Of a DNA stretch of 17,414 nt, positions 1 through 7,041 are shown piece after piece. A program made the translations under genes and the position numbers. The notes beneath the pieces were generated by a model. The model had not been told where the DNA came from, searched no databases, and worked only from the letters and a program-made list of their open reading frames with translations. The stretch's first letter is position 1, and each line of letters starts with the position of its first letter. The DNA comes from an uncultured Opitutales bacterium. Lineage in GTDB: Bacteria > Verrucomicrobiota > Verrucomicrobiia > Opitutales > Intestinicryptomonadaceae. The stretch lies in assembly GCA_934660865.1 (NCBI GenBank), contig CAKUIA010000025.1, positions 1 through 17,414 of the forward strand, in the 5' to 3' direction.

Positions 1-87
1 AAACTGATACAGCGACGAGCCTACGGGTATAGAAACTTTGAAAATTACAGACTGAGAGTACTCGTAGAATGCGGAGTGAAACTATGA
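1..87 (+). CDS. ISL3-family DDE transposase, extreme C-terminus only (the gene begins upstream of the window)
   Basis: Frame 1 reads KLIQRRAYGYRNFENYRLRVLVECGVKL then TGA at 85-87. The AYG(Y/F)RNFxN(Y/F)RLR(V/I)L tail is the conserved C-terminal signature of ISL3 (IS204/IS1001/IS1096/IS1165-type) transposases. Confidence 0.8.
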   Translation, partial: KLIQRRAYGYRNFENYRLRVLVECGVKL

Positions 88-136
88 AAAACAAATTACA
101 AAAAAAAACTTATTCCACAACCTTTGGGGTTGACCC
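1..136 (+). mobile_element. Terminal part of ISL3-family insertion sequence, copy A (cut by the window edge). The IS terminus is ...CCTTTGGGGTTGACCC at 136.
   Basis: Positions 61-136 match the reverse complement of 17338-17414 with 3 substitutions (at 76, 78, 108). Similarity stops exactly at 136 / 17338, which defines the element end. Confidence 0.75.
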
Positions 137-196
137 AACACAAAAGCCGCCGTTTTGCGCTTTAACGCAAATGCAAAAAACAAATCTTATACGGGC

Positions 197-225
197 ACAA
201 AAAAGCCGCCCTAAAAAGGCGGCTT
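197..225 (-). terminator. Rho-independent terminator downstream of tRNA-Cys
   Basis: Stem AAGCCGCC (203-210) pairs with GGCGGCTT (218-225) around a 7 nt loop. On the minus strand it is followed by a T-run. Confidence 0.7.
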
Positions 226-231
226 AAAAAT

Positions 232-306
232 TGGAGGTACGAGTCGGAATCGAACCGACGAATAAGGATTTTGCAGACCCTCGCCTTACCACTTGGCTAT
301 CGTACC
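232..306 (-). tRNA. tRNA-Cys (anticodon GCA), CCA encoded
   Basis: The reverse complement folds by hand as GGTACGA acceptor / TCGTACC. The anticodon arm is AGGGT-CTGCAAA-ATCCT, the T arm is GTCGG-TTCGATT-CCGAC, and the 3' end is TCCA. Confidence 0.93.
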
Positions 307-406
307 ATCAAATAAAGACACAAAGAAAATATATTTTAGGCAAACTTTGCAAGCTTTTTTTTAATATACCTGCAAAAAATGCCAAATGCGCGTTTGTCGG
401 GTAAAA

Positions 407-1096
407 TTAGAAGGAAACTTGGTACAATTCGTTCAGGGCTTTCTTAAGCTCGGCTTCGCTAATCCAAATGGGCTCGGCACCGTACCACATAAGGTATTCG
501 CCCGTTTGCTTGTTGTAGCCCGAAATCATTGTATCCGACCAAATCCTGCCCTTTTTAAAGCTTTTAACTTCGTTCTTTTTAAGGATTTTTGTCCATTCGG
601 CCATTTTTTCGGCTTCTTCGGGGCGGTCTTTTGTGCGCAGGGCAATTTTTTCGTAAGATGGGTTGTCGGCCGAAACGTAGGCAAACAGGGGCAAACCTTC
701 GTCGAGCTTCATTCTCACGTTGTTTGCCGAAAACGAAATCATTTTAAGCTTTATGTTTTTAGACGCCAAATAGGCTTTGGAAACCGCCATAATCGACGCA
801 ATTTTGTTGCTTGCCCCCTTGTTCATTTTTTCGGAGAACTTTTCAAAATCCATATCGGGGTCTACATAGGTAAGCAATATTGCCAGATACGGCGACAAAT
901 ACCTGCTTTCTAGCCCCTTTGGCGCCGAATCGGGAATTTTTATGGTAATGTCGCCGTTCTTCGCGGTTTTGTCGACATTTTCAAGCAGGCTTTCCCTGAT
1001 TTCTTTTTTTGAAGTTTTTGCCTTTGCCAAGTCGTCTGCAAAGGAAAACGTGCAGGCTACGAATATCAGAAGAAGAGAAATAATTTTTGTTTTCAT
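407..1096 (-). CDS. Exported hypothetical protein (signal peptide, possibly a lipoprotein via FVAC), 229 aa, immediately downstream of murB
   Basis: ATG start. The N-terminus MKTKIISLLLIFVACTFSFA is a typical signal sequence. It is same-strand with murB and 65 nt away, and its composition matches the neighbours. I recognised no family motif. Confidence 0.7.
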   Translation of the reverse strand: MKTKIISLLLIFVACTFSFADDLAKAKTSKKEIRESLLENVDKTAKNGDITIKIPDSAPKGLESRYLSPYLAILLTYVDPDMDFEKFSEKMNKGASNKIASIMAVSKAYLASKNIKLKMISFSANNVRMKLDEGLPLFAYVSADNPSYEKIALRTKDRPEEAEKMAEWTKILKKNEVKSFKKGRIWSDTMISGYNKQTGEYLMWYGAEPIWISEAELKKALNELYQVSF

Positions 1097-1161
1097 TTTT
1101 TTACCTTTGTTGAAATGTTATAGATATGGCTACGCGCAATTCAAGCAAATAATTATACTTT

Positions 1162-2043
1162 TTATTTCAAAATTCGCATTTCCAATTCAAGGTTTATCTT
1201 GAATTTGTCGTACACGCATTTTTGTATGTGCTCTACCAAAGCCAAAATGTCGCCATAAGACGCGTTGTTTTCGTTTAAAATCCAGTTGGCGTGTGCGCGG
1301 CTTACAACGGCCCCGCCAACCGAAAAGCCCTTTAAATTGCATTGCTCTATATAGTAGCCCGCCGAAACGTTGTTTACGTTCTTAAAAACGCTGCCGACAT
1401 TTTTATTGTTCCTGGGTTGGCGCAACTTTCTTTGCGAAATTGCCTGCGCGATTTTCTCGGAAATGTTAAAGTCGGTTTCCAGCGTATGGAATTTTGCCGA
1501 AATTAGCGCGTAGTTGCCACCCTGTAAAATGCTGCTTCGGTAGGCAAACAGCATATCGTTTTTATCCAACTCCACTACTTTGCGCGCCTTTATGTCTACT
1601 GCCAAAGCGCTGCAAAACAGCGAGGAAATCTCGCGCCTTTCGGGGCGCGAAATGCCTACATTCATACATACTGCCCCGCCTACGCTGCCGGGTATGCCCG
1701 CCAAAAAATCGGTACCGCCAACATTGTTTTTTGCCCAAAAAGCAAGCAAGCCAGGCAGCGGCATAGACGCCAAAACCGTTGTGTAGCCGTCCGCAAACTG
1801 CGGGGCTCTTACAAACGGCTTAAAATGTATAAGCAAAAAATCGCCAAGGGTATCGGCAACCAAAGTGTTGTAGCCGCCGCCCAATATTTTTACCGGCAAA
1901 TTCTTTTCGGCCGCAAATTCCAACGCCTTTTCGATAACGCCAATGTCGCAAGCCGAGGCGTCCAGATAATAACGGCACGCCCCGCCGCATTTAAAGCCGC
2001 AAAAAGGGGCAAGCAAAACGTTTTCTTTTATGAATTCGGGCAT
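1162..2043 (-). CDS. murB: UDP-N-acetylenolpyruvoylglucosamine reductase MurB
   Basis: 293 aa with the MurB layout: FAD-binding N-terminal part (FKCGGACRYY, ILGGGYNTLV, AGIPGSVGGAVCMNVG), then FAYRSS, then GSVFKN...AGYYIE...LKG..VGGAVVS..HANWILN. Confidence 0.9.
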   Translation of the reverse strand: MPEFIKENVLLAPFCGFKCGGACRYYLDASACDIGVIEKALEFAAEKNLPVKILGGGYNTLVADTLGDFLLIHFKPFVRAPQFADGYTTVLASMPLPGLLAFWAKNNVGGTDFLAGIPGSVGGAVCMNVGISRPERREISSLFCSALAVDIKARKVVELDKNDMLFAYRSSILQGGNYALISAKFHTLETDFNISEKIAQAISQRKLRQPRNNKNVGSVFKNVNNVSAGYYIEQCNLKGFSVGGAVVSRAHANWILNENNASYGDILALVEHIQKCVYDKFKINLELEMRILK

Positions 2044-2155
2044 TTAAAAATATTCAAAATAAAAAAGACCGCTTTCAAGAAAAAAACGCAAACGGTTCAA
2101 ACACAGCAAAGCGTGGTTTTTTGCCGCGGCAAAACAACTATATAACGGCTTTGCT

Positions 2156-4153
2156 ATGAGCGAAATCAACACACTATATGTAAATGCAGCCCAAACACCC
2201 GCAAACGGGCAAAACGGCGAAATTTTGCGTTTTAAACAAGGCGACGACATAAACCTTTCCGTTGCCTTTTTCGACAAATCGGGCAACCTGCGCGACCTGT
2301 CGCAGGCGGAAAAAATAGTACTTGAAATATACGACATAGGCGGCTACAACAGCCCCGCGCCAAGGCAATCGGAAATTTTGCTGCAAAAAATCTGCAGTTC
2401 GCCAAACAAAGATTTGCAGCTTTTGCAATGGCAAAACAAAACGGCGCAACACGCTCTTTTTGAATTGGACGCAAGCGAGACAAATATTAAAAGCGGCGAA
2501 AAATGGCTAAAATTTACGGCCGTTTGCGAAAAGCATAAGAAATTTACACTTTGCGCGGGTTGGATTGAATGCGAGGAAAACTTTTGCGCAGGCGACGCAT
2601 ATACACCGCCAGACGTGGAAAAATGGAAATCGGCAGCCGAAAGCGCCGCGCAAAGCGCGCGGGCCAACGCCCTTTTGGCCGAGGGCTACGCCGTCGGCAC
2701 TCAAAACAGCGCAGAAAGCCAATATGGCGAAAATTGCGCAAAATACTTTTGCGAAAAAGCGGGGCAAAGCGCGGTAAATGCCGCAAATTCCGAGCTAAAG
2801 GCAAAACAGTATACCGAAAGCGCAAGCGCAAGCAAAAGTGCAGCCGATGGATTTTGCCAAACCGCACAGCTTGCAAAAACCGACGCCGTTAATGCAAAAG
2901 ACGAGGCTTTAAGCGCAAAAACGGCCGCGCAAAATGCTGCAAACGCAGCCGCCCAAACCGACGTTGGGCAATATAAAATCCAAAAGGAAAACAGGAATTT
3001 TTTGCACATAATAAACGGCGAAGCAAAGACGGCATTTTCGCTAAAGCCGCCTTTTACCATATTGGTAAAAACCGAGAAATATTCGGGCACGCTGTTTAAC
3101 GTGGGCAACCTGAAAATTCTGACGGCCTACAGCGTAATTAGAGCGTATAACAACACAAACGAAAAAATGCTTTTAAGCGTGTCTACAAATATAAACGGCG
3201 TAAACTGCACCGCCATTGTATGCACAAAATCGCAGCTGAAAATTTCGGCAAACACGGGGGTTTTTAGCCAGGCAAATTTTGAATTCGACACGCAGGACAA
3301 CGGCGATTTTACCATAGGTAGCACTTCGCTTGGCAGCGGCAAGGTTGCCGACATTACGGTGCTTAATTTCGACATAACTTCGGACGAATCGCCCTACTCT
3401 TTTGCCGACTATGCTCAGGGCAAAAGCATGCCGCCATATCTTATAAACCCGACTACAAAAAACCCCGACAAAAATATGGGGGCTACAAGCGACGGAGGCT
3501 GGAATATTGGGCAGGCCACTACAACCACAACAATGCGCGGCACTTGGTACGCAAGCCCTACGGCAATACACTACCTAAAAAACAGAGTTTTAGACGAAAG
3601 CGAAATTGCCCTCGGCATAAACAATGCAGTAGACATTGCGGGGACTTATATAGGCGGCGGCACGGGCTGTTTATATTCGAGCGTTTCGGTTTTCGGATAC
3701 GGGAAAGTTACGCTAAGGATAAAGTTTAAATACCGCAAAAACACCACAAGCAATTCAAGCTCGCCGTATTTGGGCTTGGCCGTAGGCACGCTTGGCGGGC
3801 ACATTTTGTTTGCGCAAATAAAGCTAAGCGACTGCACCGACAGCCAGTGGCATACATACGAAACTACCGTAACTGAAACCGTTCCAAGATGGATTCAAAG
3901 CGATATTAACGGTAGAATAGGCATAAGCGCAAGCTCGCTACCCGACACATACACCGACTACGCGTGGAGCATTGCCGATTTCGAGTTCGAATTTTTGGGG
4001 GCTACATTGGCATTGGAAAATTTTACATTTAAAAACGGAACGACAAAAACAATTCCCGACAAGTCGGCGCAAAACAGCAACGTTCTTGTAAGCGGCTACA
4101 TTGCAAGCCCCGTCGACAACACAATAGAACGCCTTTGCAATCTATTCAAATAG
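2156..4153 (+). CDS. Phage tail-fibre-like / receptor-binding-like protein, 665 aa, no signal peptide
   Basis: Three-part architecture. First, an N-terminal ~150 aa globular part. Second, an Ala/Ser/Gln-rich predicted helical shaft (about nt 2618-2981) reading WKSAAESAAQSARANALLAEGYAVGTQNS...SAVNAANSELKAKQYTESASASKSAA...AKTDAVNAKDEALSAKTAAQNAANAAAQ, the pattern typical of tail-fibre shafts. Third, a ~390 aa beta-rich C-terminus whose first half looks LamG/concanavalin-like (TILVKTEKYSGTLFNVG...GKVADITVLNFDITSDESPYSFADYAQG). The family call is by motif memory only. Confidence 0.55.
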   Translation: MSEINTLYVNAAQTPANGQNGEILRFKQGDDINLSVAFFDKSGNLRDLSQAEKIVLEIYDIGGYNSPAPRQSEILLQKICSSPNKDLQLLQWQNKTAQHALFELDASETNIKSGEKWLKFTAVCEKHKKFTLCAGWIECEENFCAGDAYTPPDVEKWKSAAESAAQSARANALLAEGYAVGTQNSAESQYGENCAKYFCEKAGQSAVNAANSELKAKQYTESASASKSAADGFCQTAQLAKTDAVNAKDEALSAKTAAQNAANAAAQTDVGQYKIQKENRNFLHIINGEAKTAFSLKPPFTILVKTEKYSGTLFNVGNLKILTAYSVIRAYNNTNEKMLLSVSTNINGVNCTAIVCTKSQLKISANTGVFSQANFEFDTQDNGDFTIGSTSLGSGKVADITVLNFDITSDESPYSFADYAQGKSMPPYLINPTTKNPDKNMGATSDGGWNIGQATTTTTMRGTWYASPTAIHYLKNRVLDESEIALGINNAVDIAGTYIGGGTGCLYSSVSVFGYGKVTLRIKFKYRKNTTSNSSSPYLGLAVGTLGGHILFAQIKLSDCTDSQWHTYETTVTETVPRWIQSDINGRIGISASSLPDTYTDYAWSIADFEFEFLGATLALENFTFKNGTTKTIPDKSAQNSNVLVSGYIASPVDNTIERLCNLFK

Positions 4154-4167
4154 AAAGGAAAAAATAT

Positions 4168-4368
4168 ATGGATATAAACCTAAAAAACGGATCTAAGTTT
4201 AAGATAAAATACATAAAAGTGGTAGGCACCATTACCGACTCGAACGGGCTTGAAGCGGGCGGAAACACCGAATTTAAGTTCGACGAATCCGAAATCGGCA
4301 ATCTCGACAAAAAAGTTTGCCTACAGCAGATATACAACGCAATGCAGGCCGAAAACGAAGATGTATAG
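4168..4368 (+). CDS. Small hypothetical protein, 66 aa, possibly a tail-fibre accessory/chaperone (speculative)
   Basis: ATG at 4168 lies 14 nt after the upstream stop and is preceded by AAAGGAA (4154-4160). I prefer this internal start to the track's 4135 start. The stop overlaps the next start (ATGTATAG). No recognisable motif. Confidence 0.5.
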   Translation: MDINLKNGSKFKIKYIKVVGTITDSNGLEAGGNTEFKFDESEIGNLDKKVCLQQIYNAMQAENEDV

Positions 4369-4786
4369 CGAACAAAAGATAGAATCTTTGCTGCAAACGG
4401 CAAAGGCCGCCCGACTGATTATCCCCGAAGAAATGCTTGCCTGCGAAAGAAGCGCGCTTGCAAAAATCTGCAACGGAGTAGGCAGCCAGTCTATGCCAGA
4501 GTGGGCGCGAAACGCGGGCAACGTGTTTTTTGGCGCAATAGAAGCGTCGGCGGCCATACACGACTATATGTACGAATTTTCGGACGGCTCGCTATACCTA
4601 AAGGAAAAGGCCGACGACATATTTCTGCTAAACGGCATAGACGAAATATACCACAAATACGGCTGGTGGAATTGGAAAAGATACGCCGCCCGCCTAAAAC
4701 TTATGGCAGCCTACGACATTCTGCGCGCAGTGGGCAACCGCGCATACATAACCGCATACATTAAAAGAAGGAAAAACGAATTATGA
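4361..4786 (+). CDS. DUF1353-like phage-associated protein, 141 aa
   Basis: ATG at 4361 overlaps the preceding stop by 8 nt. The pattern NGVGS..MPEW...(20)...SAAIHDYMY...KADDIF...LRAVGNRAY resembles the DUF1353 signature (xxDxxSIPxxxW ... AAxxHDxxY ... ADxxF ... aVrxxG). Recalled from memory, not searched. Confidence 0.5.
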   Translation: MYSEQKIESLLQTAKAARLIIPEEMLACERSALAKICNGVGSQSMPEWARNAGNVFFGAIEASAAIHDYMYEFSDGSLYLKEKADDIFLLNGIDEIYHKYGWWNWKRYAARLKLMAAYDILRAVGNRAYITAYIKRRKNEL

Positions 4787-5157
4787 GAATAAGCAGCATA
4801 TTTGCACTGGCGGCCATAGTGCTTGCCGGGTGCACAACAACAAAAATAACCGAAACCGAATACGAGAAGGATTCTTCGAACATAAAGTCGGTTAAGACAA
4901 CCGAAACAAACGCAAACCCCGTTGTTGTTTTTGCGCAAAACAGCAAAGACAAGTCGTGGGTGCTGCACCAGGGCGGCTGGCGCTTTAACATAGGCTATGC
5001 CGACTGGGGGCTTTCGGGCGGGGTTTTAAACAACACCTTTGCAAGCTTTACAAACAGCCAGTTCGGAGTAAAGACGGCGCTGGCGTGCCCCGAAATTCTC
5101 TCAAGCGGCAAATATAACATAAATATAAACAAAGACGGCGTAAAAAGCGAAAACTAA
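4783..5157 (+). CDS. Small lipoprotein, 124 aa
   Basis: ATGA start/stop overlap with the upstream gene and a purine-rich AAGGAAAAA upstream. The N-terminus MRISSIFALAAIVLAGC carries a canonical lipobox (LAG-C). Confidence 0.65.
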   Translation: MRISSIFALAAIVLAGCTTTKITETEYEKDSSNIKSVKTTETNANPVVVFAQNSKDKSWVLHQGGWRFNIGYADWGLSGGVLNNTFASFTNSQFGVKTALACPEILSSGKYNININKDGVKSEN

Positions 5158-5186
5158 AAGGTACAACAAACGCCGGTTTTCGAAAC

Positions 5187-5215
5187 TTGACAATGGCATA
5201 GTAAATGTCTTTTAT
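5187..5215 (+). promoter_or_regulatory. Candidate sigma70-like promoter for tRNA-Pro
   Basis: TTGACA (5187-5192), a 17 nt spacer, then TTTTAT (5210-5215), ending 16 nt before the tRNA 5' end. The -10 hexamer is weak. Confidence 0.3.
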
Positions 5216-5230
5216 TTTTCGGATAAATTT

Positions 5231-5305
5231 CGGGTGATAGCGCAGTCTGGCTAGCGCACCTGGTTTGGGACCAGGGGGTCGTGGGTTCGAATCCCACTCG
5301 CCCGA
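5231..5305 (+). tRNA. tRNA-Pro (anticodon UGG), CCA not encoded
   Basis: Hand fold: acceptor CGGGTGA/TCGCCCG, D arm GCGC-AGTCTGGCTA-GCGC, anticodon arm CCTGG-TTTGGGA-CCAGG, T arm GTGGG-TTCGAAT-CCCAC, discriminator A. Confidence 0.93.
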
Positions 5306-5314
5306 CATTTCGTA

Positions 5315-5350
5315 AGCCCGCATTCCGACAAGGTTTGCGGGCTTTTTTTG
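5315..5350 (+). terminator. Rho-independent terminator after tRNA-Pro
   Basis: Stem AGCCCGCA (5315-5322) pairs with TGCGGGCT (5336-5343) and is followed by TTTTTTT. Confidence 0.8.
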
Positions 5351-5426
5351 TAGGCCTAAAAGCCAAGTTTTGGGGAAATTTTCCCTCTTAAAAATCGTTT
5401 ACAATTATTTACGCCTAATTGCTTTT

Positions 5427-5488
5427 ATTGTTGCAAAATTAGTTCTACAATGTGCTACAGCGCAAAACGCAAGGCAGTTTGCAACAAT
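5427..5488. repeat. Perfect 11 bp inverted repeat ATTGTTGCAAA / TTTGCAACAAT with a 40 bp spacer
   Basis: Read directly: 5427-5437 is the exact reverse complement of 5478-5488. It lies in a non-coding stretch just downstream of tRNA-Pro. Confidence 0.8.
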
Positions 5489-5577
5489 TCTATTGCGCCA
5501 CAAGCTTTGAGGTAATTGTGCCACACCTTTGAGAATTTTTTGGAGACAACGCATTAAACAACGCAGTATTTTAAAGA

Positions 5578-5622
5578 CCTTTGCAATGGGGTTGCATTAT
5601 GCCTGCAAGGTTGTTGCAAAGG
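5578..5622. repeat. Nested inverted repeat CCTTTGCAA-TGGGG-TTGCA-TTATGCC-TGCAA-GGTTG-TTGCAAAGG
   Basis: The outer 9 bp arms are 5578-5586 and 5614-5622, with an inner TTGCA/TGCAA pair. The right arm and the 3 nt before it (GTTGTTGCAAA, 5610-5620) repeat the 5427 motif at 10 of 11 positions. Confidence 0.7.
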
Positions 5623-5743
5623 AGTTTTTGTAGTTAGCGCGCTTGGCATTTCTTTACGGTTTTTTATAGATTGAGCCTATTGGAGTTGTTTTGGGTTCGG
5701 TTATTTACGGCTAGTTAATGTCGCATTTAAGACAACTTTTAGC

Positions 5744-6337
5744 TTAATACTCATTGCTATTCTTCGTTGTTGGAGGCAAACTTCGTGCAAAATTTAGCCA
5801 AGCGTTTAATTCTTCGCCTTCCAAGCAGACTGTTTCGGAACGTACAATCGTCTTGCTAAGATCGATTTTATTTGATTTCAGCAAGCCGAAAAAGGAAAAA
5901 GTCCCTTCTATATACCGTATTTTTTCGATGCTTGAATCACTTGATATTTCTTTTAGCTTGCGCAAAAAATCCATCGTTGGTTGATAGATTAAATATTTGG
6001 ACTTAAGTGTTTTTGAAAAAGATTGTTTCTCATAAGACGATATAGATGTACCACAGCCATAAACTCTTACTCCTTCCTGTTGTTGTTTATCTATAGTGCC
6101 TACACAAACAATTACCTCAACATTTTTGTTGAATGCACTTTCATTATATAATACATCATCGCATAATTTCAGATTTTGTATATTCAAAGCAAAGGCAGAA
6201 CCCGCCTTTGGCTGTATGTGCACATAAATCTTGAGAGAATCGCTTATTTTTTTTAAATATTCTGCAGTATCTGCATAAACACAAATACTAACGAATACAT
6301 ACAACCAAAATATTAGTAATCTATTCATTGCAAACAT
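5744..6337 (-). CDS. Secreted hypothetical protein, 197 aa (the start could be 6328 instead)
   Basis: ATG start. The signal-like N-terminus is M(FAM)NRLLIFWLYVFVSICVYA-DT. Codon usage is AT-rich, unlike the housekeeping genes. No family motif recognised. Confidence 0.55.
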   Translation of the reverse strand: MFAMNRLLIFWLYVFVSICVYADTAEYLKKISDSLKIYVHIQPKAGSAFALNIQNLKLCDDVLYNESAFNKNVEVIVCVGTIDKQQQEGVRVYGCGTSISSYEKQSFSKTLKSKYLIYQPTMDFLRKLKEISSDSSIEKIRYIEGTFSFFGLLKSNKIDLSKTIVRSETVCLEGEELNAWLNFARSLPPTTKNSNEY

Positions 6338-6437
6338 CTACCATTGCAGTTAGAAGCGTGATCCCATTCTCTACAAGCACGGTTTGCAGTAGAGGGGAAA
6401 ATACACTGTTGAACCGTTATCTGCATGGAATTTATCT

Positions 6438-6800
6438 GGATCAATACCAAAGAGAGTGGATACTAATGAAAGATGCCTCATAGAATCAAGATCCTTAATC
6501 TGTAATTTTGACTTATGTTTGCAAAACGCAAACCGTCTCGCCCTTTGGGTCTTTTGCCTGCGACAAAATCTCATTCGCGCTTCGCTTAAATTCAAATTTT
6601 TTGTAACCGTAAGCCATTCGTTGTATCAGTTTCATTTTCCTGTGGAAGCCATCGGTTATTGTGTTGTTTTTCGCAAATCTCCACATTCGGATTATCGGTG
6701 TAAACCACTCGCTTATTGTCTCCGCTAGCCTTTCAAACTCTTGTGTCGCTTCGTATTTCATCTCTTTCATCATTCCTTTTAGTTCTCTTATATTTCTCAT
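6438..6800 (-). pseudogene. Decayed, 5'-truncated ISL3-family element: transposase C-terminal fragment plus a diverged terminal inverted repeat
   Basis: ORF 6513-6800 reads ...WFTPIIRMWRFAKNNTITDGFHRKMKLIQRMAYGYKKFE, matching the ISL3 C-terminal block and copy A (KLIQRRAYGYRNFE). About 80 nt further on, in another frame, comes NYRLRILIL* (stop at 6478-6480), against NYRLRVLVECGVKL* in copy A. The reverse complement of 6438-6462 (TATCCACTCTCTTTGGTATTGATCC) aligns at about 19 of 26 positions with the copy A terminus TATTCCACAACCTTTGGGGTTGACCC. Confidence 0.7.
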
Positions 6801-7041
6801 CCGCTTATTTTCTTTTAACCCACATATCCTCCCAAAAACATTCTCTCACATTTCGGACACCTAATATCTACGCACCTTTAATACACGCCCCTCTCTCGAC
6901 GCAACTTTTGCTCTCCTATAATAGCGGTCGTAAAACACAAATTCCTCTATGCCAGCATCCGCGACAAGACGATTACCGTCTTGTTTGTCGACCTTTCCAT
7001 TGCAAAAATCTAAAAAACGGCAATATTATTATGTATATCTT

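Noticed and set aside
386-913. 175 aa plus-strand ORF
   Set aside because: It lies entirely antisense to the better-supported 407-1096 gene, which has a signal peptide and an ATG start and sits in an operon with murB. Its product is Phe/Arg/Gly-rich and low-complexity, so it is a shadow ORF.
2044-3837. Cluster of 60-135 aa ORFs on both strands inside the tail-fibre-like gene (for example 2344-2667, 2544-2876, 2569-2892, 2701-3108, 3173-3571)
   Set aside because: They are Arg/Lys/Cys-rich or Ala-rich out-of-frame and antisense readings of the repetitive GCA/AAA-rich shaft region. They overlap each other and the long 665 aa frame.
2156-4153. Diversity-generating retroelement targeting the C-terminal lectin-like domain of the tail-fibre-like protein
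   Set aside because: There is no reverse transcriptase gene and no template-repeat copy of the gene's 3' end anywhere in the window.
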